From assembly GCA_963702205.1 (NCBI GenBank), contig OY969724.1, positions 1,920,001 to 1,984,000 of the forward strand: DNA of 64,000 bases. The letters run 5' to 3'. The position numbers and the translations under genes are program-made. This DNA comes from an uncultured candidate division Zixibacteria bacterium (GTDB lineage: Bacteria; Zixibacteria; MSB-5A5; GN15; PGXB01). Under the pieces are notes generated by a model, which saw only the letters and a list, made by a program, of their open reading frames with translations, was not told where the DNA came from and did not search any database. Of the stretch, positions 49,662 to 59,620 are shown in pieces (within the stretch, counting starts at the first letter, position 1; each line of letters opens with the position of its first letter).

Positions 49662-49780
49662 TTGATTTCTCCGGCTTTTCATCGGTTAAGATTACCCTAT
49701 AATATCCCGATAAGATAAAAGAAACAATGTAATTACGGCGGTTTGCCGAAATCCTAACCGTTTAGAATGGTTATTGTCGT

Positions 49781-50989
49781 ATGAGCCTTACGGGAAACCT
49801 TAAAACAGTATCGTTTCCGGATATATTGCAGTTGCTGTCGACGGGAAAAAAGACGGGAATACTCTATGTTTCGACTTCCACCCGGCAAAAGGAAATTGCC
49901 TTTCGGAACGGAAATATAATTTACGCTTCTTCCATAAACTCGTCCGAAGACCTTCTGGGTAACCTGCTTCTGAAGCTGGGGAAGATATCCAAGGCCGATC
50001 TGGATCGGGCCATTGTCATGCACAAGCAGACCGGACGACAGCTGGGGACGACCCTGGTCGACATGAATTTGTTCGAAAAAGAAGAAGTGATGGAATGCCT
50101 TAAAATCCAGATAGAGGAAATCGTCTATAACCTGTTTTCGTGGGAAGAGGGTGAATTCAAATTCGTCGAAGGCGCCGAACCGAAGAGAATGCAGTTCCCT
50201 CTGGAACTGAGTACCATGAACGTCATCATGGAAGGTACGAGACGTATCGATGAATGGCTGGAAATCCAGAAAGTACTGCCGCCCGATAATATTCTCCTGC
50301 GGGTAACACCGGTAAATAAAGGTCGCCGCGACGAAGTCACTCTCTCCATGGACGAGTTCAGGATTTTACCGTTGATTAATGGTCAAAGAACGCTTCCCGA
50401 TTTGATCGAGGTTTCTCCGATCGGTGAATTCGTGTCGTATCGTGCAATTTATAAACTTATCGTAACCGGCCTGGTCGAATCGGCCGGTCGGGCCACGCCC
50501 AATGATATTACCGTTGAAAACGAGGAAGAAGTAATTCTGTCGGTCCTGTTTACGCTGTACAATAACTGCGTGTATCGCATTCGGAGAATCGTCGCGGAAA
50601 TAGTCGGCGATTCCAACCCGATGTTCAACGAGTACATGTCCAGCTTCCGCAACGGTATCATGCTGTTTTTCCCGGGCTTTGACCCGTCCAGCGACACCGG
50701 CCCCACGTTTGATAAATTCTATACTGAAATTATCAAAATTCCGACGCCGGTCAGGATGCATACGGTCATGAATGCGCTGGAAAATATGCTGACCAATCAA
50801 CTGGAATACGTCTTTTATTTTCTCGGCGAGGGGATCTATCGCCAGACGGTCGGGAAAATCCGGAAGGAAATCTCGGAACCGCTGGCCCTCAGGCGTGAAC
50901 TGGTAAAAAGATATCACATCGATGATAACCTGATGAGTTCGGTCAAAAAGGCCGACCGGGTTATAAAATTGGTGAAAGGTGCTTCGTGA
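49781..50989 (+). CDS. DUF4388 (PATAN-like) domain protein
   Basis: LTGNL...PDILQLL..GKKTGIL, F.NGNI.YA, LFSWEEGEFKF, EGTRRIDEW. Confidence 0.85.
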   Translation: MSLTGNLKTVSFPDILQLLSTGKKTGILYVSTSTRQKEIAFRNGNIIYASSINSSEDLLGNLLLKLGKISKADLDRAIVMHKQTGRQLGTTLVDMNLFEKEEVMECLKIQIEEIVYNLFSWEEGEFKFVEGAEPKRMQFPLELSTMNVIMEGTRRIDEWLEIQKVLPPDNILLRVTPVNKGRRDEVTLSMDEFRILPLINGQRTLPDLIEVSPIGEFVSYRAIYKLIVTGLVESAGRATPNDITVENEEEVILSVLFTLYNNCVYRIRRIVAEIVGDSNPMFNEYMSSFRNGIMLFFPGFDPSSDTGPTFDKFYTEIIKIPTPVRMHTVMNALENMLTNQLEYVFYFLGEGIYRQTVGKIRKEISEPLALRRELVKRYHIDDNLMSSVKKADRVIKLVKGAS

Positions 50990-51363
50990 TGAAAAAGACA
51001 TTAAGCATAATTTCGGCAAGTCTGGGCGGTGTTCTGGCTGCGACCGTTCCGGCCCGGGCCTCATTTCAGACTGAAAATATGTATGAGCCGATATCCATCG
51101 TGACTTTGATCGTCCTGCTTTGTTCCGTACTGTGTTTGATTTGGGCTTTTAAAGTCCTGTCGCTCGTACGGGGCGGACTGCTTTCCAGGAGCTGGCAGAT
51201 GTTCGTGCTGGGGTTCGGGTTTCTGCTTCTGGCGCAAGTCGTCACACTCGGTCAGCAAATGGCCATTTTTAGTTTGCCGGGTTTCGTGGCGACTGCGTTT
51301 TATTTATTGATGTCCGTGACGTGGCTGCTTGGACTTTACCAGACGCGCCGGATATTGGGTTGA
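50986..51363 (+). CDS. Small membrane protein
   Basis: Signal-like N-terminus plus three hydrophobic helices; overlaps the DUF4388 stop. Confidence 0.7.
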   Translation: MMKKTLSIISASLGGVLAATVPARASFQTENMYEPISIVTLIVLLCSVLCLIWAFKVLSLVRGGLLSRSWQMFVLGFGFLLLAQVVTLGQQMAIFSLPGFVATAFYLLMSVTWLLGLYQTRRILG

Positions 51364-51370
51364 TAATTAA

Positions 51371-51399
51371 TTGACATAAGTTTTAGTGGTAATTATAAT
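51371..51399 (+). promoter_or_regulatory. Consensus sigma70 promoter
   Basis: Perfect TTGACA-N17-TATAAT. Confidence 0.8.
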
Positions 51400-51474
51400 T
51401 ACAGATTATTAAATTATAGCCGATAGTAAGTTGCCTATATTATATGACTTGGCTGATACATTAAGGAAGGGATA

Positions 51475-52338
51475 ATGCCGGATTTAGTCGAATTAGACGA
51501 TCGCATTGCCAAGTGTAATAAGATTCTGGACGAAAGCCCTAACTCCCAGATTTTTGCGGCACTTGCAGAAGCTTACCGCAAGAAGGGTGAGCTCGACAAG
51601 GCCTTCAGGGTTTGCCAGAACGGCCTGAAAATACACCCGAATTACGGTTCGGCTCATATGGTTATGGCCAAAATCAACCTCGATAAAGGTCTGTACGACT
51701 GGGCGCAGATGGAGGTTGAAAAGTCTGTCAGTCTGGACGGCAACAGTCACGCCACCGATTTGCTGCTTGCCGAAATCCACATATATAAAGGCGAATTCGC
51801 AAACGCCACCCGCATTCTCGATAAGCTCCGTCGGGTCGACCCCAAAAACAAGCATGTCATCAAGCTGATGGAAATCGCCCGCAAGCTGCCTCTGGAATCG
51901 CGCAAGAATATTGAGCCGGATATCGAAGAGCCTGAACCCGATATGGCTGACAACGAGGCTTCGCCCAGGGCCAGAGAACCCATACGCGAAATATCACCCA
52001 AAATAATGATCGATATTCTGGCCAATATCCCGGGGGTTGACGGCGTGATGCTGGTTAATCATGAAGGTATGGTGGCCGAATCAAACTGGAATTGTCCCGA
52101 AGAGCCGGAATTGTTTGGCGCCCTGGCCCGAGAAATCGAACGAATTATCAATGAACAGATTGGCGAAGCGAATTTCGGTAAGTACGAAGACGCGCTTATC
52201 GAAGCCGAGAATCTGGTCCTGAAATTTTTGCCGTTCGGCAAGAACTTGTTATTGATAAAAGCCAATGCGCAGGTTAATCTGGGGACCCTGCGCTTGAAAT
52301 TGACTTCTTTATTGGACACCTGCAACGTGAATTTATAA
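51475..52338 (+). CDS. TPR + roadblock/LC7 domain protein
   Basis: FAALAEAYRKKG.. TPRs, acidic linker, IPGVDGVMLVNHEG..NLGTLRL roadblock domain. Confidence 0.85.
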   Translation: MPDLVELDDRIAKCNKILDESPNSQIFAALAEAYRKKGELDKAFRVCQNGLKIHPNYGSAHMVMAKINLDKGLYDWAQMEVEKSVSLDGNSHATDLLLAEIHIYKGEFANATRILDKLRRVDPKNKHVIKLMEIARKLPLESRKNIEPDIEEPEPDMADNEASPRAREPIREISPKIMIDILANIPGVDGVMLVNHEGMVAESNWNCPEEPELFGALAREIERIINEQIGEANFGKYEDALIEAENLVLKFLPFGKNLLLIKANAQVNLGTLRLKLTSLLDTCNVNL

Positions 52339-52353
52339 TCACGGGATAAAATT

Positions 52354-53319
52354 ATGGCAGTTACAAAGAGAGAATTCGGACAGTTTTTTATATTTTCAAG
52401 TCTTCTTTTAATCGGGGCGCTGTTGATGTTCCCGTCGAAACTGGGCATGAGCCTCGGCTCCGGCATCATCGTCTACGCCATTATTGAAATCGCCTATTAT
52501 GCCGTCATGTTCGCCCTGATGAAAGCCGCCGACTCCTGGCTCGATCTTTTCCGCAATGCGGGACTGACTTTTATTTTCAGGATTGGCCTGGGGACGCTGT
52601 TTGCCGTCTTTGTGGCGATCATGTATTCGATGAACCTGTCGGTTGCCCTGACTCTCGGAATTTCGCGGTATTTACCGGCTGTACTTCTGCACATAATATT
52701 CGCCCCATTTGCGATGCGGCCTCTGATTTCGGATTCCAAATTGCCGGTAAGACGAGCCAAACCCCGGCCGATCTCATCCAAAGCCCCGGCCGGACGCGAA
52801 AGGCCGGACTTTTCCAAGTCGGTCCTGTATGAGACAAAACGCGAACAACCGGTGTCGAAGGCGAGTTCGAATACCGCCGACCGTCAGGATTTGCACGTCG
52901 GTTACGATACCAATGGATTCGAACGCGCGGTAAAATACCTGGGCGAGCATCACGCCGTCCTGCTGGCGGTTGTGGTCGACCAGGAAGGTTTGTCGATGGC
53001 GGCCTATAAGAGGGGTGAGGTCGATCCGGAAGATTATGCGCCTCTGAGTCTCCTTATAAAAGAAACAAATGTGAAACTTTTAAATAAATGGGAAGGTGAT
53101 GTTTCGCCTGACCGTATCGATATTGTCTTTGGCGACAGAAAGTTGTCGCTGTCACGGGCCATGGATTTTTATCTATTGGTGATGTCGAATCAGGAAGTTG
53201 ACGATCTTCTGAGCATTCGCGTCACTCAGGCCGTAGATATAATCAGAAGATATGTGTCCGAACGTTATGGCGAATTAATGCCGTCACGACCGGAGGAGCA
53301 ATATGTACCAAGTGCTTGA
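52354..53319 (+). CDS. 4-TM membrane protein with C-terminal roadblock-like domain
   Basis: Four hydrophobic helices, linker, VLLAVVVDQEGL.. roadblock-like domain. Confidence 0.7.
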   Translation: MAVTKREFGQFFIFSSLLLIGALLMFPSKLGMSLGSGIIVYAIIEIAYYAVMFALMKAADSWLDLFRNAGLTFIFRIGLGTLFAVFVAIMYSMNLSVALTLGISRYLPAVLLHIIFAPFAMRPLISDSKLPVRRAKPRPISSKAPAGRERPDFSKSVLYETKREQPVSKASSNTADRQDLHVGYDTNGFERAVKYLGEHHAVLLAVVVDQEGLSMAAYKRGEVDPEDYAPLSLLIKETNVKLLNKWEGDVSPDRIDIVFGDRKLSLSRAMDFYLLVMSNQEVDDLLSIRVTQAVDIIRRYVSERYGELMPSRPEEQYVPSA

Positions 53320-53644
53320 AGAACTGAACAAGACCAGCGGAATCACGGGTTCCATGCTGGTTGGCAATGATGGTATTGTCATCGCCGCCGATCTTAACAC
53401 GTCGTTGGAAGACGACACTATCGGCGCTTTGGCCGCATCGATCACCAGCAACATCCAGAAGTCGCTGGACCGGATGCAGCAGACGGCGCTGAAACAAATC
53501 ACGATTGAGGCCAACACCGGGAAGTTGTTCTTCGCGGACGCTAATATAGGAATTTTGGTGGTAACGGCCGAGAAGGATGTAAACATAGGACTTATCCGCC
53601 TGGAGATGAAAAACGCCATAAACAACATTGGCAAATCAAAATGA
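53303..53644 (+). CDS. Stand-alone roadblock/LC7 protein (MglB/MglC-like)
   Basis: GITGSMLVGNDGIVIA..VNIGLIRLEM. Confidence 0.9.
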   Translation: MYQVLEELNKTSGITGSMLVGNDGIVIAADLNTSLEDDTIGALAASITSNIQKSLDRMQQTALKQITIEANTGKLFFADANIGILVVTAEKDVNIGLIRLEMKNAINNIGKSK

Positions 53645-53672
53645 CAATTAGCCTTTAGCGGAAAAGGATGCT

Positions 53673-54845
53673 ATGGTCTCGATAAATTACGCCACCAGGG
53701 AAGTTGCCTGTAAGATCGTTTACTATGGCCCCGGACTTTCGGGCAAGACGACCAATTTGCTCTACGTCCACAAGAAGGTGCCTCAAACAAGCCGGGGTAA
53801 GATGATCTCGCTGGCCACCGAAGCAGATCGAACGCTATATTTTGACTTTTTGCCGATTAACATCGGAACCATTAACGGATTTGCGGCCAAATTCCAGCTT
53901 TATACCGTCCCCGGTCAGGTGTACCATAACGCCACCCGAAAACTGGTGCTGAGGGGGGTTGACGGGCTGGTGTTTGTCGCCGATAGTCAGCCGGACAAGA
54001 TGGATGAAAACATCGAGTCGCTGACCAATTTAAGTGAAAACCTGGCCGAATACGGATATAACATCGACGAGCTCCCGGTCGTGATACAGTACAATAAGCG
54101 CGATATTCCCGGAGCCATGACGGTCGAAGAATTGAACAGCCGTCTGAATCCAAATGGCTGGCGTACGTTTGAAGCGTCGGCTGTCAGCGGCGAAGGGGTT
54201 TTCGATACACTCAAGTTGATTATCAAGCTGGTTTTGGAGAAGGCCAAAGGTGGCAGCAAGGTTGCCAAACCGGCTCCGGCCAGTGTTGCCGCCGAGACGC
54301 GTCAACCGGCCGCGACGGCCCAGGGCCAAAGCGGTCCCGCCGGTCCACCGGCGGCCGATAATGCCCCGACGCCGCGTCAGGAAGTGGGTGCCGCCCGGGC
54401 CGAGACTCCTCCGGTGAGACAAAACGCTTATAATCCCGATAACGCCCCTGAACCGGAGCATCCGCGCATGGCCGATAATTCGATGTTCGAACACAACGTC
54501 ATCAAGGACGAAAGTGCGCTGGATCAACAAGTTGGGTCACCCGATGCCGATACCGGAAAAATTCCGACCGAACCGGCCCATCCCGACGTTGAGGAGACTC
54601 ATGTGCCGGAAAGCGTCAACCGGCCGTTCCCCGGCTCGACCGGAAAAGTCGGTCGCGCCGAGCGCCGCATAACCGTTTCCGATTTTCAGTCGGATTCCGC
54701 CGAACAGGATCAACATGTCGGCGCTATTCCCGAAAACGGCCGCGGATCGTCGGACAGTTCGATGACGACACCGATGATGGCCCCGTCGGAACGAGTAATT
54801 AAGAAAAAACGGGGATTCTTTAAAAAACTATTTGGAATCAAATAA
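53673..54845 (+). CDS. mglA: MglA small GTPase with long C-terminal extension
   Basis: KIVYYGPGLSGKTTNL, RTLYFDF, YTVPGQ, VFVADS, YNKRD. Confidence 0.95.
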   Translation: MVSINYATREVACKIVYYGPGLSGKTTNLLYVHKKVPQTSRGKMISLATEADRTLYFDFLPINIGTINGFAAKFQLYTVPGQVYHNATRKLVLRGVDGLVFVADSQPDKMDENIESLTNLSENLAEYGYNIDELPVVIQYNKRDIPGAMTVEELNSRLNPNGWRTFEASAVSGEGVFDTLKLIIKLVLEKAKGGSKVAKPAPASVAAETRQPAATAQGQSGPAGPPAADNAPTPRQEVGAARAETPPVRQNAYNPDNAPEPEHPRMADNSMFEHNVIKDESALDQQVGSPDADTGKIPTEPAHPDVEETHVPESVNRPFPGSTGKVGRAERRITVSDFQSDSAEQDQHVGAIPENGRGSSDSSMTTPMMAPSERVIKKKRGFFKKLFGIK

Positions 54846-54861
54846 GAAGGAGGTGGCGTCC

Positions 54862-55350
54862 GTGAGTGATGACAACCTTATCATATATGAGGAAGAAATC
54901 GAAAAAATCGACTCTATCCTGGCCCGTATGCTAAAAGGGGCCGAAGCCAAATGTGCTTTGCTGGTGGACAAGGACGGTCACCTTATTACCCGTCAGGGTT
55001 TCACCCATTCCCTGGATACGACCGCTCTGGCGGCGCTTCTGGCCGGTTCTTTTGCCTCGACCAAAGAAATCGCGCGTCTGGTAGGCGAATGCGAGTTTTC
55101 CGTACTCTTTCATCAGGGCAAAAAGGACCATATTCATATGTCTCTGGTTGGAGACCGTTCGATTATGGCCGTCATATTTGACGATCGCACGACTATCGGT
55201 ATGGTGCGCCTGTATGCCAAAGAAGCAGCAACCGAATTATCCAATACGTTTTCGGCCATAAAGGCCCGCAACCAGTCCAACAGCCCCGGACTGACCGATG
55301 AATTCGCGGCTTCGGCCGGTGATAAACTGGATGACATATTTCAAGATTAA
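54862..55350 (+). CDS. mglB: MglB GTPase-activating roadblock protein
   Basis: AAGGAGGT RBS and GTG; IYEEE, LVDKDG, DTTALAAL, VIFDDRT..GMVRL, C-terminal LDDIF helix as in Myxococcus MglB. Confidence 0.92.
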   Translation: MSDDNLIIYEEEIEKIDSILARMLKGAEAKCALLVDKDGHLITRQGFTHSLDTTALAALLAGSFASTKEIARLVGECEFSVLFHQGKKDHIHMSLVGDRSIMAVIFDDRTTIGMVRLYAKEAATELSNTFSAIKARNQSNSPGLTDEFAASAGDKLDDIFQD

Positions 55351-55420
55351 CGACCGGCCCCGCACAGTTAAACATGGCTTGAGGGGACGTCTGGGTTATT
55401 GCTTTTACAGGATGTAGTCG

Positions 55421-57118
55421 ATGTCTTCTGAATTAGGATCGATGTTGGTCAAGGCCGGCCTGATTACCCAGGAACAGCTGGGTAAAGCGCTGACCATGGC
55501 CGAAGAAAAAAAGGCCAAACTCGAAGAAGCTCTTGTCGCCACCGGAGCCATTGAATCCGAAGATCAGATCTCCCGGTTCGTCGGCAAGCAGCTCAATATG
55601 GGCACTTTGCGCCTGTCCGATATCGAACTGAATCCGGAGATCATCAAACTTATCCCACTCGATATTGCCCGGAAATTCAACGTCATCGCGGTTTCGAAAC
55701 TGGGCAAAAGCCTGATAGTTGCCATAAGCGATCCTAATAATGTCTATGTCCTTGATGCCGTTAAATTCATAACGGGTTGTTCCATCCAACCGGTGATTTC
55801 ACCTGAGAACGCCATAAAGAAGGCGATAGATAAGTACTATAAAGATGAATCCGCACTACATGAACTGATTAAAGGTCTTGAAGATGATTCCGACCTTGAG
55901 GTTTTATCCACCCAGGATGATGGATTCAGTGACGCCGATTTGCAGTCGGCCATTCAGGACAAACCACTGGTTAAACTGGTCGATTCGATTATTGCCGATG
56001 CCATCCGCATGGGGGCTTCGGATATACATTTCGAATCGTACGAGAAACGCATTCGAGTCAGGTTCCGGCACGACGGTGATCTTCAGGAAATGTCCCCGCT
56101 GCCTTATAAGTACAGAGCGGCCATTATATCGCGCCTGAAAGTCATGGCCGATCTGGATATTTCAGAGCGACGGCTGCCTCAGGACGGTCGCATCAAAATC
56201 AAGATCGACGACCGTACCGTCGATCTCCGTGTTTCGGTATTACCTACCATTTTCGGCGAAAAAGTCGTCATGCGTATTTTAGATCCGCGCGCATTGATGG
56301 TCGATATGACCAGGCTGGGTTTTACCCCGGAATCGCTGACAAAGTTCGATAAAGCCATTCACCTGCCGTACGGTATCATCCTCGTTACCGGGCCGACCGG
56401 TTCCGGTAAAACGACGACGCTGTATTCGGCCTTAAAGCAGATCAACACAGTCGATATTAACATTATGACCGCCGAGGACCCGGTCGAGTTCAACTTCGAC
56501 GGGATCAATCAGGTGCTGGTAAAATCCGAAATCGGCCTTACGTTCGCGGCGGCTTTGAGGTCGTTCTTGCGTCAGGACCCCGACGTAATCATGGTTGGTG
56601 AGATTCGTGACGGTGAAACGGCCGAAATCGCTATCCGGGCCGCTTTAACCGGCCATCTGGTCTTCTCGACGCTTCACACCAACGATGCGCCGTCGTCGAT
56701 TAACAGATTGATAGACATGGGGATACCAAATTATCTGGTGTCTTCGGCGACCCGCCTGATTATGGCGCAGCGAATGACCCGGAAAATTTGCCAATCGTGC
56801 AAAGAAGAAATCCGGTTGACCGAAGAGCAAATTACGGCTTTGGAGGTTCCGGAATGGTTTGTAAAAGACGATATCCGGGCTTTTAAGGGCAAAGGCTGCA
56901 ACGAATGTAATAATACCGGACTATCCGGCCGTTCAGGCATTTACGAGGTTATGCCCATTTCTCCGGCCATTGAGGGTCTTATTCTCCGCAGTGCCAGCGA
57001 CGTGGAAATAGGGGAAAAAGCCATCGAGGAGGGTATGTTGACTCTTCGTATGGCGGCGGTAGATAAAATGATCAAAGGGACAATTTCTTACGAGGAAGTC
57101 CTGGCTATTACCAATTAA
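55421..57118 (+). CDS. pilB: Type IV pilus assembly ATPase PilB
   Basis: ASDIH, ERRLPQDGR, GPTGSGKTTT, LRQDPD, CxxC/GCNEC. Confidence 0.95.
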   Translation: MSSELGSMLVKAGLITQEQLGKALTMAEEKKAKLEEALVATGAIESEDQISRFVGKQLNMGTLRLSDIELNPEIIKLIPLDIARKFNVIAVSKLGKSLIVAISDPNNVYVLDAVKFITGCSIQPVISPENAIKKAIDKYYKDESALHELIKGLEDDSDLEVLSTQDDGFSDADLQSAIQDKPLVKLVDSIIADAIRMGASDIHFESYEKRIRVRFRHDGDLQEMSPLPYKYRAAIISRLKVMADLDISERRLPQDGRIKIKIDDRTVDLRVSVLPTIFGEKVVMRILDPRALMVDMTRLGFTPESLTKFDKAIHLPYGIILVTGPTGSGKTTTLYSALKQINTVDINIMTAEDPVEFNFDGINQVLVKSEIGLTFAAALRSFLRQDPDVIMVGEIRDGETAEIAIRAALTGHLVFSTLHTNDAPSSINRLIDMGIPNYLVSSATRLIMAQRMTRKICQSCKEEIRLTEEQITALEVPEWFVKDDIRAFKGKGCNECNNTGLSGRSGIYEVMPISPAIEGLILRSASDVEIGEKAIEEGMLTLRMAAVDKMIKGTISYEEVLAITN

Positions 57119-57269
57119 TCTTTGGGTTCTGTCGAGTCTTCAAAATTCCTTATATTTCAACGACTTAAAACAGGCTCCGGCCAAATATTCTTTCAAGATT
57201 CCCCCGAATTTACCGATATAAAGAAAAAACGTTCTAATGACATAAATGCCCTTCTAACAGGAGTGTTTT

Positions 57270-58346
57270 ATGGTAAGTCTGCGCCAACTGCTTGAAGAAA
57301 TGGTCAAAATGGACGCCTCGGATTTGCATCTGACAGTAGGTTCGCCTCCCGCGGTCAGGGTTGACGGCAAATTGGTCAGGCTCCAACACGATGTCCTCAC
57401 GCCGGATGATACCAAGAAATTGGCCTATTCCATCATGAATGAAAAGCAGCGGCTCAAATTCGAAACCAGTTCGGAGCTGGATTTGTCTTTCGGTATTGAA
57501 AATCTCAGTCGTTTTCGCTGCAACGTATACATGCAGAGGGGCAATGTGTCGGTGGCTTTGCGGCAGATTCCATATAAAGTAAAATCTTTCGAAGAACTCG
57601 GTTTGCCCAAGGTCGTTGCGGAATTCGCCGGGCTGCCGCGCGGCCTGGTACTTGTCACCGGACCGACCGGTTCTGGTAAATCGACCACCCTGGCGGCGAT
57701 AATCGATAAAGTCAACAAAGAACGACAGTGTCATATCATTACGGTCGAAGATCCCATTGAGTACCTGCACCGTCATAAATCGTCGATTGTCAATCAAAGA
57801 GAAGTATACTCCGATACGCAATCGTTCGCGTCGGCTTTGAAGTATGCCCTTCGTGAAGACCCCGACGTTGTACTGGTGGGTGAGATGCGCGACCTGGAAA
57901 CGATCGAAGCGGCCATAAATATTTCCGAGACGGGCCACCTCGCTTTTGCGACGCTGCATACCAACTCCACGGCGGAATCGATCAACCGAATCGTCGACGT
58001 GTTCCCGACCAACCAGCAGGAGCAAATACGCGTTTCTCTGTCGTTCACGCTTCAGGCGGTAATATCGCAGTGCCTTATTCCGAGAATAGGCGGCGGGCGC
58101 GTTATGGGTCTGGAGATTATGGTTTGCACTCCGGCCATACGGGCCTTGGTACGTGATGATAAAGTACATCAAATATACAGCATGATACAATCGGGACAAA
58201 AGTACGGCATGAAAACCATGAACCAGTCGCTGGCCGAACTTTATACCAGCGGCAAAGTGACCATAGGCGATGCCATGAGTTTCAGCGGCAACATTCAGGA
58301 GCTGAACGAGATGTTGTCACGAGGCAAAACCCCGGCCATGGTTTAG
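57270..58346 (+). CDS. pilT: Type IV pilus retraction ATPase PilT
   Basis: ASDLHL, GPTGSGKSTT, LREDPD, AIRALVR. Confidence 0.95.
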   Translation: MVSLRQLLEEMVKMDASDLHLTVGSPPAVRVDGKLVRLQHDVLTPDDTKKLAYSIMNEKQRLKFETSSELDLSFGIENLSRFRCNVYMQRGNVSVALRQIPYKVKSFEELGLPKVVAEFAGLPRGLVLVTGPTGSGKSTTLAAIIDKVNKERQCHIITVEDPIEYLHRHKSSIVNQREVYSDTQSFASALKYALREDPDVVLVGEMRDLETIEAAINISETGHLAFATLHTNSTAESINRIVDVFPTNQQEQIRVSLSFTLQAVISQCLIPRIGGGRVMGLEIMVCTPAIRALVRDDKVHQIYSMIQSGQKYGMKTMNQSLAELYTSGKVTIGDAMSFSGNIQELNEMLSRGKTPAMV

Positions 58347-58371
58347 GTGACAAGCCGGAAAGGAAAGAATT

Positions 58372-59568
58372 ATGCCAGTCTTTGAGTATAAGGGCAAAAC
58401 ATTAGCCGGTGCGCCGGTAGCCGGTGATCTTCAGGCCAAAAATCGGGAAGAGCTGGAACGACTGCTCCGGCAAAACCGTATCATGGTCTCATCGATTCGC
58501 AAGAAACCGGCGGAAATAAAAATCAAGTTCGGAACCGGTATTAAGAAGATCGATATTTCGCGATTTACACGCCAGTTCGCAACTATGATCGGAGCCGGTC
58601 TGCCGATGGTGCAGTGTCTGGACATTCTGGCCAACCAGTCGGAAAACAAGGAACTCTGCAAAATCATTTCCGACGTTAAGGAAGGTGTCGAGGCCGGATC
58701 GACCCTGTCCGATTCGCTGGCTCGTCACAACAAGGTTTTTGACCAGCTTTACACGAACATGGTCGAAGCCGGTGAAATGGGCGGCGCTCTCGACAGTATC
58801 CTGGTACGTCTTGCCGTCTACCGTGAAAAGGCCGACGCCCTCGTACGTAAGGTCAAAGGCGCCATGATTTACCCGGCCGTCATCTCGGTCGTGGCCATTG
58901 GCGTCACGTTCGCCATGTTGACGTTTATCGTGCCGGTCTTTGCCAAGATGTTCGGAAGCCTCGGAGCCGAACTGCCGGGCCCGACACAGGTTATTTTGGA
59001 TATCAGTAATTTCCTGCAGGCTAATATCCTGCTTCTGCTCGGCGGATTGATAGCTGGTATCATTGTCTTCGTTTACTGGATCAGGACGGAGTCCGGAAGG
59101 GCTCAATTCGACGCCGGTCTTCTGAAGGCACCGATTATCGGCAACCTGGTGAGGAAGTCTTCGGTCGCAAGGTTCACCAGAACCCTGGGAACGTTGCTGG
59201 CTTCGGGTGTTTCGATCCTGGACGCCCTTGAAATTACCGCCAAAACGGCCGGCAATGTTATTATCGCTCGCGCAATTAAGAGAGCTGTTTTGTCTATCGC
59301 CGAGGGCGATACAATTACCGGTCCACTTAAGGAATCGGGCGTGTTCCCGCCGATGGTGACGCAGATGATTTCGGTTGGTGAAAAAACCGGAGGTCTGGAC
59401 GAAATGCTGCAGAAAATCGCCGACTTCTACGATGAAGAAGTCGATGATGCCGTCAGCGCTTTGACGTCGATTATCGAGCCGGTGATTATTGTATTTATGG
59501 GTATTATTATCGGTGCCATTATGGTGGCCATGTATCTGCCCATGTTCGATATCATCGGTAAGCTATAA
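58372..59568 (+). CDS. pilC: Type IV pilus platform protein PilC
   Basis: FTRQFATM, AGE.GG.L, YP, GEKTG.L, EP, MYLPMF. Confidence 0.95.
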   Translation: MPVFEYKGKTLAGAPVAGDLQAKNREELERLLRQNRIMVSSIRKKPAEIKIKFGTGIKKIDISRFTRQFATMIGAGLPMVQCLDILANQSENKELCKIISDVKEGVEAGSTLSDSLARHNKVFDQLYTNMVEAGEMGGALDSILVRLAVYREKADALVRKVKGAMIYPAVISVVAIGVTFAMLTFIVPVFAKMFGSLGAELPGPTQVILDISNFLQANILLLLGGLIAGIIVFVYWIRTESGRAQFDAGLLKAPIIGNLVRKSSVARFTRTLGTLLASGVSILDALEITAKTAGNVIIARAIKRAVLSIAEGDTITGPLKESGVFPPMVTQMISVGEKTGGLDEMLQKIADFYDEEVDDAVSALTSIIEPVIIVFMGIIIGAIMVAMYLPMFDIIGKL

Positions 59569-59585
59569 AAAATCGCGATTGAAAT

Positions 59586-59611
59586 AAAGGCGCCGCCGGA
59601 CGGCGCCTTTT
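59586..59611 (+). terminator. Probable terminator after pilC
   Basis: AAAGGCGCCG-ccgga-CGGCGCCTTTT. Confidence 0.7.
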
Positions 59612-59620
59612 AAATGTACC

